A DNA stretch of 64,000 bases. Source: Octopus sinensis. Its lineage: Eukaryota. The stretch spans positions 1,736,001 through 1,800,000 of the forward strand of contig NC_043019.1 of assembly GCF_006345805.1 (NCBI RefSeq). Direction: 5' to 3'. The notes beneath the pieces were generated by a model. That model saw only the letters and a list, made by a program, of their open reading frames with translations, did no database searches and was not told where the DNA came from. The position numbers and the translations under genes were made by a program. The first letter of the stretch is position 1, and each line of letters starts with the position of its first letter. Shown piece by piece: positions 37,920 to 49,582 of the stretch.

Positions 37920-38075
37920 ACATACATATATTTATATACATATATATACATACATATATTTATATACATATATATACATATATAACATATATTTATATCT
38001 ATATATATACATACATATATTTATATACATATATATACATACATATATTTATATACTATATATACATAATATATA

Positions 38076-38127
<52 letters not shown>

Positions 38128-38354
38128 ACATATACATATTGGGTATGAAAACAAGATTGTGATACGTAAATTAGGATAAAATTAACTGAAAATTTGATAT
38201 TTTTTCGCGAGATGCTTTTCATGCGTACAGAGAAAATTCTATATTTCTGCTCGGATATTATTACATTGGTCGCAAATGTTATCATAACATTATAAACACA
38301 CGAACACATTCCCATTATTACATTCAGAACAACAAAGCAAAACATATACACGCT

Positions 38355-38388
<34 letters not shown>

Positions 38389-38533
38389 CCGACCTTTTTG
38401 TTTAGTAAATTTTATAGTACAAAAATGTTATATTTTGTAATTTTTCATTGTACAAAAATTTACTTGAGTATTTAATGAAAGGAAAAACAATTAATGAAAA
38501 TAAATTGCAGTAGTTTTGAGGAATTAATTATTA

Positions 38534-38746
38534 TTTTCTACTCCAGGGACAAGGCTCGAAATTATTGGGGAGGGGGCCCAGTCAATTAGATCGACCCCAG
38601 TACGCAACTGGTACTTAATTTATCCACCCCGAATGGATGAAAGGCAAAGTCGACCTCGGTGGAATTTGAAATCAGAACATAAACAGAGACGAAATATCGT
38701 TAAGCTTTTCGCCTGACGAGCTAACCACTCTGCCAGCTCGCCGCCT
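38534..38746 (-). mobile_element. Family A SINE monomer
   Basis: Head GGCGGCGAGCTGGCAGAGTGGTTAG and core TTTGCCTTTCATCC. Confidence 0.85.
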
Positions 38747-38769
38747 TGGAATTTATTAAATATTGCTCC

Positions 38770-39130
38770 ACCAAAATAACAGAATTCATCATGAAAGAAA
38801 ATTTAATTAACATGTTGAAAACACTCCCTCTCGTTTCAGTACAATGCTGAATCCTTTCAGCAACACTGGTACAAACCTGCTGAGACATTTTCACGTTAAT
38901 TATAGACAATTTTTCAGAAATTGCTTTCGGTTTGAGGGAGTGAACAAGATCTTTCAATACAAACACTAGAAAAAGTCAAGTGCTATTAGGTCTGACGATT
39001 GTGATGGCCATTCAACTGCTCCACGTTGTCCTTTCAAACCTCGCCTCAAAATTAAGATTTAACCATTCCTGAAAGTTTTACCCATAGTGAGGTGGTGCAT
39101 CATTCTATTGAAAGTAGAAAACGATAAAAA
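38770..39130 (-). pseudogene. Tc1/mariner transposase C-terminal relic (DD41D/rosa-like)
   Basis: DAPPHY..GQRGAVEWPSQSSDLIALDFF*..LKDLVHSLKP..VAERIQHCTETRGSVF. D-D spacing cannot be counted because of a frameshift. Confidence 0.65.
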
Positions 39131-39180
39131 TTATACAAATAAGAAAGGGCGTTACTTCTCCAGCTACCTAAATATATACA

Positions 39181-39596
39181 TACTCTTTACTCTTTTACTC
39201 TTTTACTTGTTTCAGTCATTCGACTGTGGCCATGCTGGGGCACCGCCTTTAGTCGAGCAAATCGACCCCGGGACTTATTCTATGTAAGCCCAGTACTTAT
39301 TCTATCGGTCTCTTTTGCCGAACCGCTAAGTGACGGGGACGTAAACACACCAGCATCGGTTGTCAAGCAATGCTAGGGGGACAAACACAGACACACTAAC
39401 ACATACACACACACACACATATATACATATACACGACAGGCTTCTTTCAGTTTCCGTCTACCAAATCCACTCACAAGGCTTTGGTCGGCCCGAGGCTATA
39501 GAAGAAGACACTTGCCCAAGATGCCATGCAATGGGACTGAACCCGGAACCATGTGGTTGGTAAGCAAGCTACTTACCACACAGCCACGCCTGCGCC
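39181..39596 (-). mobile_element. Family C SINE, full length
   Basis: Homolog of 18511-18928. Confidence 0.9.
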
Positions 39597-39626
39597 TATA
39601 TATATATAAATATATATATAAATATG

Positions 39627-39683
<57 letters not shown>

Positions 39684-39715
39684 GTATGTGCGTGTGTGTG
39701 TGTATGTGTGTGTAT

Positions 39716-40510
39716 ACCTAAATGCATTGAAGCAATGCATTTGTCCAGGTGCGTTTTCCACTATTCAAAGCGGTGCTGAAACTCTTGGGAAGTGATGCCC
39801 GTCGGTTTTTCTTCACCTCTTCAGCAACAGCAAATTCTGTAGCACAGATTTCATTACCATAGATAACCTTCGAAAAAAGGTGTGGATCAGCTCCCAACTG
39901 TTCTTTCGGATCACGACACGCATTGAATCATGACTGCTATTGATTTTCCCTGAGTGACGCACAAATTTTGCTGCAGGTCTTTTCATTCGCATTTCCTCAC
40001 CCAAAATTCGTTTTCAAGACCTCCAGGACACATCGGTCATACCAACAGCTCGTCAATTGTTTGCTGACGGCCCTCAAAGATCATTTCGTGAATTTTCATG
40101 ATGTTATCACTCGCTCGGGTGGTTGACAGTCGTCCTTAACGAGGTTGACCTTCAGGCGTCAAGTGACAGTTCCTGAGGCGTGGAAGCCACTTTTAAACTG
40201 ACTTTGCTTATGGCAGCGTCTTGTAAACTATTTCAAGCGTCACAACTTTATCGGCCGCCATTTGTCCCAGCGTAAAACAGAATTTCTTAGAATTTCACGC
40301 CGTTCCTTCCTTTCATCCATCATAAAATTCGAAGGGAAAACGAGAAGCACGACAAAACAAAGACTATCGCGTGGGAAAACGACCGAGAACTACGGTCGGC
40401 AGACTGTTGCCTAAGGGTCACATCAAGTGACTTCCAGCAGCGGAAGCATGAACTACAATGGGTTTGTCCCACAGAGAAAGTTTCCTGGTTACTTTCCGGT
40501 AATTATCGTG
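39716..40510 (-). pseudogene. Internally deleted mariner (irritans-like) relic
   Basis: FCFTLGQMAA..RLSTTRASDNIMKIHEMIFEGRQQTIDEL..RILGEEMRMKRPAAKFV..LGADPHLFSKVIYGNE, joined to EFQHRFE*WKTHLDKCIAS. Confidence 0.75.
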
Positions 40511-40917
40511 TATGTGAGTATATGGAGATACAGGCAAAGACATATATACAACCATACAAAAAAACGTACATACAAAGACTGACACACACACATACGCACA
40601 CGCATACATATATACATACACTCATTTACACATACGTTCACATTTATATACATATGCACACATGGCTACATCTCACATACATACATACACTCATACACGA
40701 TTACATATACACACATATATGCATACATAGATACAAGTAATTCGACTTAAGTCTCGTCTGGACTTAAGTCGTGTCTCCTAGAACCAATTAACGACCTAAG
40801 GTGAGGTATAACTTTATATATATATATATAAAGGTATATATATATATATATATATAATATGAAGGAATATTATTCCAAACTTACAGGGAGAAATATATAC
40901 GTTTTATTTATTATTTT

Positions 40918-41090
40918 GCACGGGCACTGATATTGTGTCTAAAGCCAGCTAGAGACGACGATCTCTTGGGGCTATAAAACTACAGTAACACCCCCTCCCC
41001 AATGTGGTTAGCCATGATAAGATGGCTTCTATACTTTACATTATCGAGCGATTACTGTTTCAATCTCATTCTGAGATTTGATTATGCCTA
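40918..41090 (+). mobile_element. Fragment of the 24209/53910 retrozyme-like family (junction part only)
   Basis: GGGCACTGATAT.GTGTCTAAAGCCAGCTAGAGACGACGATCTCTTGGGGCTATAAA..; lacks the ribozyme segment. Confidence 0.75.
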
Positions 41091-41118
41091 CTTAATTATT
41101 GTTATATATTTAATCTAA

Positions 41119-41348
<230 letters not shown>

Positions 41349-41820
41349 TACCGATCAACTCTGCAGTTATTGTCGGTGATATGTTCAGCTTTTAATCACC
41401 AGCTATATTTTGTATTATTGCACAACTATTTTATCCCTAACTCTATACATATATGTAGATATGTGTGAAGCTGCCATATATATAAAAATGTATACCTGTA
41501 TGTGTATGAGTGTGTGTGAGTGTATGCATGTGTGTTTTTGTGTATGTGTGTGTTGTGTGCATGCTTGCGTGTGTGTGTACTTAGAACACAGTGCCAGGTA
41601 CATAAGTGGGAAAAAATGGCTTATGTAGAATTATCGAACAATATATGTCTCCGCCTATATTTACATGTACAGAGAACTAGAATGTAATGGAAGAAACTAT
41701 CTCCGTGTGTTGCATTAAACAACACATTTTGACAGGGCTTACGTCATAACTAACGCAACAGATATAAATTTCTTCACTTTCCATGAAGTATATTGAATAT
41801 GTCCATATATAAATATGTCC

Positions 41821-41852
<32 letters not shown>

Positions 41853-42667
41853 ATTTAACAACAATTGAGGGTAAAATTAATTAATTAATCAATTTCACCA
41901 AGTATTCAGTATGCAAAGGACCATTTAAGGCGAATTCAAATTATTACATTATATAAAAGGGCTTAGTAAAATAAATACTTTGCCGCATACTGAACTCATT
42001 AGAATAGCAGCTAAAAAAACATTTATAAAACTATTTCTAATACTTAAAGAAAACCTCTCTCATATAGTGTTTGCTCAATTCAACTCACGAAAGTATGGGG
42101 GTAGAGACATAAAAAATCAAATGCAAGGTTATTTGAGAACGTACGTTTCAAGATTAGTCAAAATCGACATTTCTATCATCACCTCAGAACTCCCTGGTTT
42201 GGATTTAAAACACTGAAAGTGGAGCATACCCTTTCGGCTTCTTATCGCTTCTGAAGATCCGCTCGAAAACAACAGTGCCAACAAACTCAAATATGCAAGC
42301 GAAGAATTTCTGCTCTCCCCTTTCCACCAGCGTGGGTTAAAATCAGTAAACACTATGCTTTTTTCGGTAAAATCCGAGGCATTTAAATAGAGAGAGATGA
42401 ATTATAATTTCAACAATTGAGGGTAAAATTAATTAATTAATCAATTTCACCAAGTATTCAGTATGCAAAGGGACCATTTAAGGCGAATTCAAATTATTAC
42501 ATTATATAAAAGGGCTTAGTAAAATAAATTACTTTGCCGCATACTGAACTCATTAGAAATAGCAGCTAAAAAAACATTTATAAAACTATTTCTAATACTT
42601 AAAGAAAACCTCTCCCATGCGGCAAAGTAATTATTTTTACTAAGCCCTTTTTATAATGTAATAATTA
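41853..42667. mobile_element. PLE-like insertion: ~205-bp direct repeats 552 bp apart plus a short inverted copy
   Basis: CAACAATTGAGGG at 41859 and 42411; inverted piece at 42619-42667. Flanked by (TA)n. The inner part weakly resembles a GIY-YIG C-terminus. Confidence 0.6.
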
Positions 42668-42678
42668 TATATATATAT

Positions 42679-42711
<33 letters not shown>

Positions 42712-42829
42712 AAAGATATATATATATAATACATATATTACATACATATATATATATATATGTGTGTATATGTATGTATATATATGTATGTTTGTATTAT
42801 ATAAGCATGTATGCATGTTTGTATATATG

Positions 42830-42870
<41 letters not shown>

Positions 42871-42883
<13 letters not shown>

Positions 42884-43573
42884 TTCAAAATGCGATAAAA
42901 TAAAATTAATTATTTTCGCAGGTGTTTCTAGCACGGCCATATATATTCATATATAAGTAGATTAAAGCGGAAGTATGTACTAGAAACACAGAAGCTTGAT
43001 AAATTTAGTGAAATGAAGATAAAAACTTTTACTAACTCTGTTCATCTTAGACTGCAGTTTCGCCTTGTTCATCAAAAAAATATAATATTTATTTACTCAG
43101 GTAGGCTCTTCGGTAAGAATCCGTTATTATGAAGGGCAACTCGATAGACACATGTGCGTCTAATAATTTGCTCTTTCTAACTAATCAGATCACTGCGCAG
43201 ACGCAGAACGAACCCGACAAAATAGGGATTTCTGGTATATAGTCTAACGCTCAAAATTATCGAGAAATATGTAACAAATTCAAAATGCGATAAAATAAAA
43301 TTAATTATTTTCGCTGGTGTTTCTAGCACCGGCCATATATTATTCATATATAAGTAGATTAAAGCCGAAGTATGTACTAGAAACACAGAAGCTTGATAAA
43401 TTAGTGAAATGAAGATAAAAACTTTTACTAAATCTGTTCATCTTAGACTGCAGTTTCGCCTTGTTCAGCAAAAAAATATAATATTTATTTACTCAGGTAG
43501 GCTCTTCGGTAAGAATCCTGTTATTATGAAGGGCAACTCGATAGACACACGTGCGTCTAATAATTTGCTCTTT

Positions 43574-43580
<7 letters not shown>
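42871..43580 (-). mobile_element. ~395-bp monomer x1.8 non-coding tandem element with a hammerhead-like motif
   Basis: AAATTCAAAATGCG at 42881 and 43276. Flanked by (TA)n on both sides. Confidence 0.75.
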
Positions 43581-43606
<26 letters not shown>

Positions 43607-43619
43607 CCATACCAACATT

Positions 43620-43740
43620 ATATATAGAGAGAAAGAGAATTCACAAAACGAAAAACAAAAGACGAAGACAGGTGGTCTAGACAACAAACAGATGTGCTAA
43701 CGCTCTTCCACAGAAAGGAACACAGAAAGAAACAAGGAGA
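43620..43740 (-). mobile_element. PLE pLTR fragment (13700/16980 family)
   Basis: AAAACGAAAAACAAAAGACGAAGACAGGTG..CGCTCTTCCACAGAAAGG; hammerhead motif partly deleted. Confidence 0.65.
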
Positions 43741-43799
43741 GAAAATAATATATATATAAATACATATATAAATGTGTGTGTGTGTATTATGTATAATAT

Positions 43800-44090
43800 A
43801 AACGTAAAACTCTTCCAAGAATTCTTACATAAAGTAATACTTAAAAAATACAAAATTGTTAATAAAAATGTTTTCAGATCTATTAATCTCAGAGCCAAGA
43901 AAATAATGAAAGGATATAAAATTGAGGACATAACAGAGAGTTATGATCCTTCTACACCAAGCATAATTGTAAAAGACCATAAACAGAATTTTGAAATAGA
44001 TCCTAAAGTAAGACTGATATGTCTATGTAAATTGGCCCATGGAAAATTTCGTAAAATTATCATAGAATCCCATTTAGTGAAATAATCATT
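43800..44090 (+). pseudogene. Penelope-like RT N-terminal fragment
   Basis: SINLRAKKIMKGYKIED..SIIVKDHKQNFEIDPKVRLICLCKLAHGKFRKIII resembles the PLE ITLKDHK.NF..PKCRLINP.KS motif. Confidence 0.65.
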
Positions 44091-44589
44091 CAAATCCCAT
44101 AAAATGAGAACTAGGGAAAAAAGACCTATGTACCGAGGAGTATAAGTATGACTGTTACTATGCTCTGTTTATGAATATCTAAAGCCATTTGTATGAAATA
44201 ATTGTAGAGCGATATGAAAAATAAAAGCTATAATCTGTGTTAATATCCAATCTACTTCCTTACCTAAATATGAATGAATGAGTGTTTGGTTTGATAGGAG
44301 CTTGCTTCCCAACTACATAGTTCTGGATTCAGTCCCACTCCGTGGCAACTTGTGCGAGTGCCTTCCATATAGTTTCGGGCCAAGCAAATGTGAATGGTTT
44401 TGGTAGACGGAAACTGGAAGAGAAATTCCTACTTACATTCGATTCCACGCTCAACCAATTAAATTACAGATATAAAATCCAAATTCCCATATTCGAAATT
44501 AGTCAATTGGGTATTTATTCAGGGAGAAATTCCAAGAGGAGGCTACCTTTCAATGTGTAGGTTAAGCTAAGACAAACTCATATATTTAG

Positions 44590-44899
44590 TATCTATATAA
44601 ATATCACCATGATCGCCGTGACCGACCAGGCTGTCAGATGTTGCTACACATCGCTGGTCACAATGCGCTCCGCATTGTTTTAGCATTCAAATGACGCCAC
44701 CGCGCTGGCTAAGCGAGCAAGCCAACAGAAGAAAGAGTGAGAGAAAGTGTACAGCAGGGATCGCCACCACCCATGCCGGGGCCTCGTGGAGGTTTAGGTG
44801 TTTTCGGTCAATAAACACTCACAACGCCCGGTCCGGGAATCGAAACCGCGATCCTACGACCGCGAGTCCCCTGCTCTAACCACTGGGCCATTGCGCCTC
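44590..44899 (-). mobile_element. Family B SINE head with a third, unrelated tail
   Basis: Head nearly identical to the 3492 copy; tail ..TGTGACCAGCGATGTGTAGCAACATCTGACAGCCTGGTCGGTCAC. Confidence 0.85.
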
Positions 44900-45009
44900 G
44901 ACCTATATAAATATATGTACAAAATAAAGTAGGCGTTGAAAGCTTCGTCATTAGACAACCAGAACATCATTTTAAGGCCAACAATTCAAATACATATATG
45001 TGTGTGTTT

Positions 45010-45061
<52 letters not shown>

Positions 45062-45604
45062 TGTATGTGTGTGTGTGTGTGATTATTTAGGCGCATACAG
45101 GACAGTATGTGGCTAAGAAGTTCTCATTGCAATCGTGGATTCAGATTCCCTCACACTATGCGACATTTTGAACAAGAAAATTCTAGTAGCGCTCACGATA
45201 CATCCCATTGAATGTAACTTAATTTGGTTGACGTAGCAACGTGAATGCATTTGTAAATGCGTGTTTGTGTGTGTATGTGTGCGTGTCTGTGTGCGCGCCT
45301 GTGTTTTTGTACGCGTGCCTGTGTGTGCATGTGTGTGCTTTTGGGTTCGCGCCACCATATGTGTGTATATGTGTATGTGTGTGTGTGCTTTTGTGTGCAC
45401 AATCTCACAATATCATTACTAAGCTAAACTTTAATTGATATGATATTAAATGAGACGTGTTGAGAACAGTATTCAAAATTCCAGTGTCAGTCAACATACA
45501 ATAAGGAAGCTGTAGAAAGGTGTGTGTGTGTATATATACATCTACATATACACATACATATTTTACATGCATTGATATATAAACACAAGCACGTATGTGC
45601 GCAT

Positions 45605-45623
45605 TTATTACTACTACTACTAC

Positions 45624-45659
<36 letters not shown>

Positions 45660-45665
45660 TAATAC

Positions 45666-45698
<33 letters not shown>

Positions 45699-45737
45699 CA
45701 GCAGCAGCAGTAGTAGTAGTAGTAGTAGTAGTAGTAG

Positions 45738-45768
<31 letters not shown>

Positions 45769-45791
45769 AGTAGTAGTAGTAGTAGTAGTAA

Positions 45792-45850
<59 letters not shown>

Positions 45851-45870
45851 AAGTAGTAGTGGTAGTAGAC
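45605..45870. repeat. Compound trinucleotide microsatellite (ACT/AAT/AGT/AGC/GTT)
   Basis: Direct reading. Confidence 0.95.
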
Positions 45871-46100
45871 GATGCCGAAAAATAAGGAAAATACATTATT
45901 AAAGCACAAATAGCCAATTAAAGCCGTTGCATTGAATGTTTCAGTAAATGTAATGACAGTAAAAGTCATATTCTCAGGAGATCTAAATGCGAAAGCCTTC
46001 GCACCCAATGGACTTTCACACTCAAGTTCTGCACGCTATCGTCTAACACTTCATCAGTCAAGATGTCTAACGTTCCAAAAATGATTTATATAAACGAATA

Positions 46101-46132
<32 letters not shown>

Positions 46133-46136
46133 TCTA

Positions 46137-46176
<40 letters not shown>

Positions 46177-46198
46177 CAACAAGGATATCCAGAGATAA

Positions 46199-46283
46199 TG
46201 CAGTACGATCGTTTCAGGCAATTCCATTGAATTGAACAACGCAGTCATTACATCAATTTAAAGTAGAGCAATCTTCAGCTGCA
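46199..46283 (-). ncRNA. Type-I hammerhead ribozyme, canonical core, long stem II
   Basis: UGCAG-CUGAAGA-UUGC[..]GCCU-GAA-ACGAUCGU-A-CUGCA. Confidence 0.7.
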
Positions 46284-46404
46284 CAAAGACATAAAATTTA
46301 ATTAAATTAGAACAGATAGATACATTAGTATAATTATACCTAAAATCTCCAAGAAGTTAAGGAGATACACAAATAACATATTGTTTCTACTTCAACATAC
46401 AAGT

Positions 46405-46491
46405 TGCAACTGAAGATTGCTGTACATTTTAAATTGATGTAATGATTGCATTGTTCAATTAAATGGAGTTGCATGAAACGACCGTACTGCA
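46405..46491 (+). ncRNA. Opposite-strand hammerhead copy
   Basis: UGCAA-CUGAAGA-UUGC[..]GCAU-GAA-ACGACCGU-A-CUGCA. Confidence 0.6.
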
Positions 46492-46612
46492 TTAGCAGTG
46501 CATATTTTTGTTGCTTATTTTGATTTTAATCACTTTACTTTGAAATTGTATGGATAATACCGTACTAAATTCTGGTACCTCAACTTAAGTACCATATTCA
46601 CCTATACACCTG

Positions 46613-46706
<94 letters not shown>

Positions 46707-46979
46707 ATGCACATTTCGAGCAATGAACGACAAATATGAGTCTTCGAAGACAGTTGCTCCGATAAGCACCCACATAAAATTAGGGATTTATGGAGGGTCA
46801 AATTTGGGAACAAACACAGCACAGTGGAGACATTTTCATGTTGTTTACTATTCGTGACGTCCTGTACCCTTATATGCATGTGTATGTATATATATATATA
46901 TATATATATACACAAGCTCTCATACGCACGCACACACACTCACACATATAAATGTATATATCGATATATACATATCTAT

Positions 46980-47130
46980 GTCACTTCAGATATGTAACAA
47001 CAGGTTGGCGATTTTTCTTGTTCTTTAGGCTCTTGTCTTGCTCCTTTCCGACGAAGAGACTTGCTCGAAACATTAAAAACTGTCTCCTTTCACCGGGTGT
47101 CAAACTAATATAATTCTTGTGAACGTCCTC
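46980..47130 (+). mobile_element. PLE pLTR-like fragment with a hammerhead-like motif
   Basis: CCUUU-CCGACGA-A-GAG-ACUUG-CUC-GAA-ACAU-U-AAAAA at about 47043-47079. Confidence 0.45.
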
Positions 47131-48220
47131 ACGTTCATTATTTTTCTGTCTCTTTTCTCTTTTCGTCTTTTCTCTTTTCGTCTTTTCTTCTTTTCTCTTT
47201 TCACTTTTTATTCGTTTTTGAGTTGTTTCTTCCTTGGATTGACTCTGTATGTGTGTGTGTATGTGTGTGAGAGAGAGAGATAGAGAGAGATAGAGTTGTG
47301 TGTGAATGTAAGTATGTACATATGTATGCATGTATATAAAGAGAAAGAAAGAAATATTACGAGAACAAACACAGCTATATCGAAATAAATACAAATATAA
47401 ATATAAATATTCATTTTTTATTGCCTGTCGAAATGAAGAAAATGTCAAATAAAAACGATCTCTTGGACTCATCAAGTCCAAAAAGAAAACGAAAAAGTTA
47501 ACATGAGATTAGGAGAACGTGGCTGCCTCTTGAAAACACTTGCAATTTGCTGTCACTGTGATTTGCTTAACAAGCTTGGCTAACGTCGATATCCGGGCAA
47601 AAGATTGTAGCTGATGCACTTCATCACCATTTGAAGAGTTGTCTCCTCATCTTTCACTTTCAATACCGATCTCGTTAAGCTTATGAGTAAGAAATTTGTA
47701 TTTACCGAATTATTCAGATAAAAGCAAAAATGTCGAAACAAAAAAAAAAAAACAGAAAAGAAACGGGACCCTACTAAACGGTTCTTTTCATTTTGCTCAT
47801 ATCTATGTCTACTTTTTTTTTCTTTTTTCACCTACTGCTGACACTGTTGCCTCTGCTGTGCTGCAACTACTACTCTTCGTTTTCCTTCTCCCTCGTCTTC
47901 TACAAAATGCTCTTCTTTTTTTCTCCTTCACCCCTCCAACCTCCAAATCCAACTTCATCATGATTTCCACCTCTGTGATAATAATCCCCAATGCCATTAT
48001 TACCATCATCATCATTATCCTCCTCTTCTTCTTCTTCTTCTTCTTCTCTTCTCTTCTTCTTCTTCTTCTTCTTCTTCTTCATTCTTCTTAACCCCAGTGT
48101 ATTCGAATAAATTTCTTCCCCAATATACTTGGTCTTGTACCTGATTTAGAAACAACTCTTTGATTTCAAATTTCGCCGAGGTCGGCTTTTCTGTGTACAA
48201 ATTATAATTATTATTATTAT

Positions 48221-48753
48221 TGTGTGTCAAATAGCTAGCTTGAGGCGGTGGCCTCTTGGAGCTAATCAGCGACAGCTTTAGTCTTATATACATAAGACTG
48301 CCATATAAGTATGGCGATAACTATTAATTTCCAGTAACGCTGCCGTAATCTCCTTAGAGAGACTTAGTAATTTTAATATTTCTATTATTGAAAACAAGTG
48401 GATGTATTCCACTGACACTAGGTAAATAGATTCTTCGAACAGGGACAGTCAGTAGCGACACCTGCTGGGTCTGACTACGCTGCATTGATAAAGGTCTAAT
48501 ACCCTGAAACATGTCTGCAGCTGTCTGACAGGCAGGATGAAGCGGCTCACCTCCCCTGTTCGAAGGTTTATAACGGACGCAGGTTGTGTGTCAAATAGCT
48601 GGCTTGAGGCGGTGGCCTCTTGGAGCTAATCAGCGACAGCTTTAGTTTTATATTTATAAGACTGCCATATAAGTATGGCGATAACTATTCATTTCCAGTA
48701 ACGCTGCCGTAATATCCTTTAGAGAGACTTAGTAATTTTAATATTTCTATTAT
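48221..48753 (+). mobile_element. Retrozyme-like non-coding element (364-bp monomer plus 169-bp terminal redundancy) in an (ATT)n tract
   Basis: 48221-48389 is repeated at 48585-48753; the central region is structured and holds a hammerhead. Confidence 0.75.
48479..48521 (+). ncRNA. Minimal type-I hammerhead ribozyme, U3-A8 variant
   Basis: GCUGCA-UUGAUAA-AGG-UCUAAUAC-CCU-GAA-ACAUGU-C-UGCAGC: perfect 6-bp stem I, palindromic helix III, GUC site at 48513-48515. Confidence 0.8.
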
Positions 48754-48762
48754 TATTATTAT

Positions 48763-48794
<32 letters not shown>

Positions 48795-49310
48795 TTATCA
48801 TCAGCATCAGCATCATCATCAACGTTATCAACATCATCATCATTATCAAATTGTATATCTTATATTTCAGCCTGCTTTGCGTGCATCTTAGTTACTAGCC
48901 GTGTCTCTTCCTGAGACCTAATGCTAGCAGCTATGTTATAACGATTGTAATTTTCCGAAGAGAAGAGCTGTTGAGATTCGTGCAGTCTTGAGGACATCTT
49001 GCTTATTTGATTTTTCCAATTATTTTATCAATGAAGATTGAAGACCCATTTTTATAACCATACGTTGTGTTCCTACAATGGTAGAGTAAATGTTTTCATT
49101 TACTACATTCTGGCAATTGTTACCGCTAGGTCCTTCTGTTTAGCTAATCAGCTGGTGCTGTCATATCTAATAGATAACAGGCATTTTGTCAATGATCTTT
49201 GATAATCTTATCAAATGTACCAACACATATTTGTCTGTATGAATAGTAAAACAAATTACCCTCTATGAATTCTTCCGAGTGGTGTTCATACCAGATTTTG
49301 AGAAAGGGAA

Positions 49311-49582
49311 TATAATATAATATAACATAATATAATGAAATGATTGTATACATTGCTCAGGTGCACCACAACTTGTCAAGAGTGCGTATAAAGTATATGC
49401 AGTAATGTATAAATGTTTGGAAAGTGAACAGTGTATGAGTCAGATACATGCTTGCGTGTTTATGGATAGGAGAAAATCAGGTGTAGTGTTGGCGAATCTC
49501 AGGAAGCATGGAAGTTTTGAAGGATGCAGTGCTCCGACAACTAACAACTGATGCCGGCAGTGTGTTCCATACCATAATGATG
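49311..49582 (-). mobile_element. Short CR1-like LINE 3' end with (TATTA)n tail
   Basis: IIMVWNTLPASVVSCRSTASFKTSMLPEIRQHYT* followed by a 3'UTR. Confidence 0.75.

Larger units (their letters stand above)
46172..46518. mobile_element. Inverted pair of hammerhead-bearing repeats, ~112-bp arms (sister family of 35779)
   Basis: 46172-46283 is the reverse complement of 46405-46518. Shares the terminus TTGTTGCTTATTTTGAT with 35779-36227. Abuts (TA)n. Confidence 0.85.

Noticed and set aside
37729-37969. ORFs spanning the N run
   Set aside because: Artefacts of the assembly gap; contiguity across 37820-37919 is not guaranteed.
47462-47482. TTGGAC-TCATCAA-GTCCAA hairpin (minus strand UUGAUGA-GUCC)
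   Set aside because: No downstream GGAC-GAAA to close stem II, so it is not a hammerhead.
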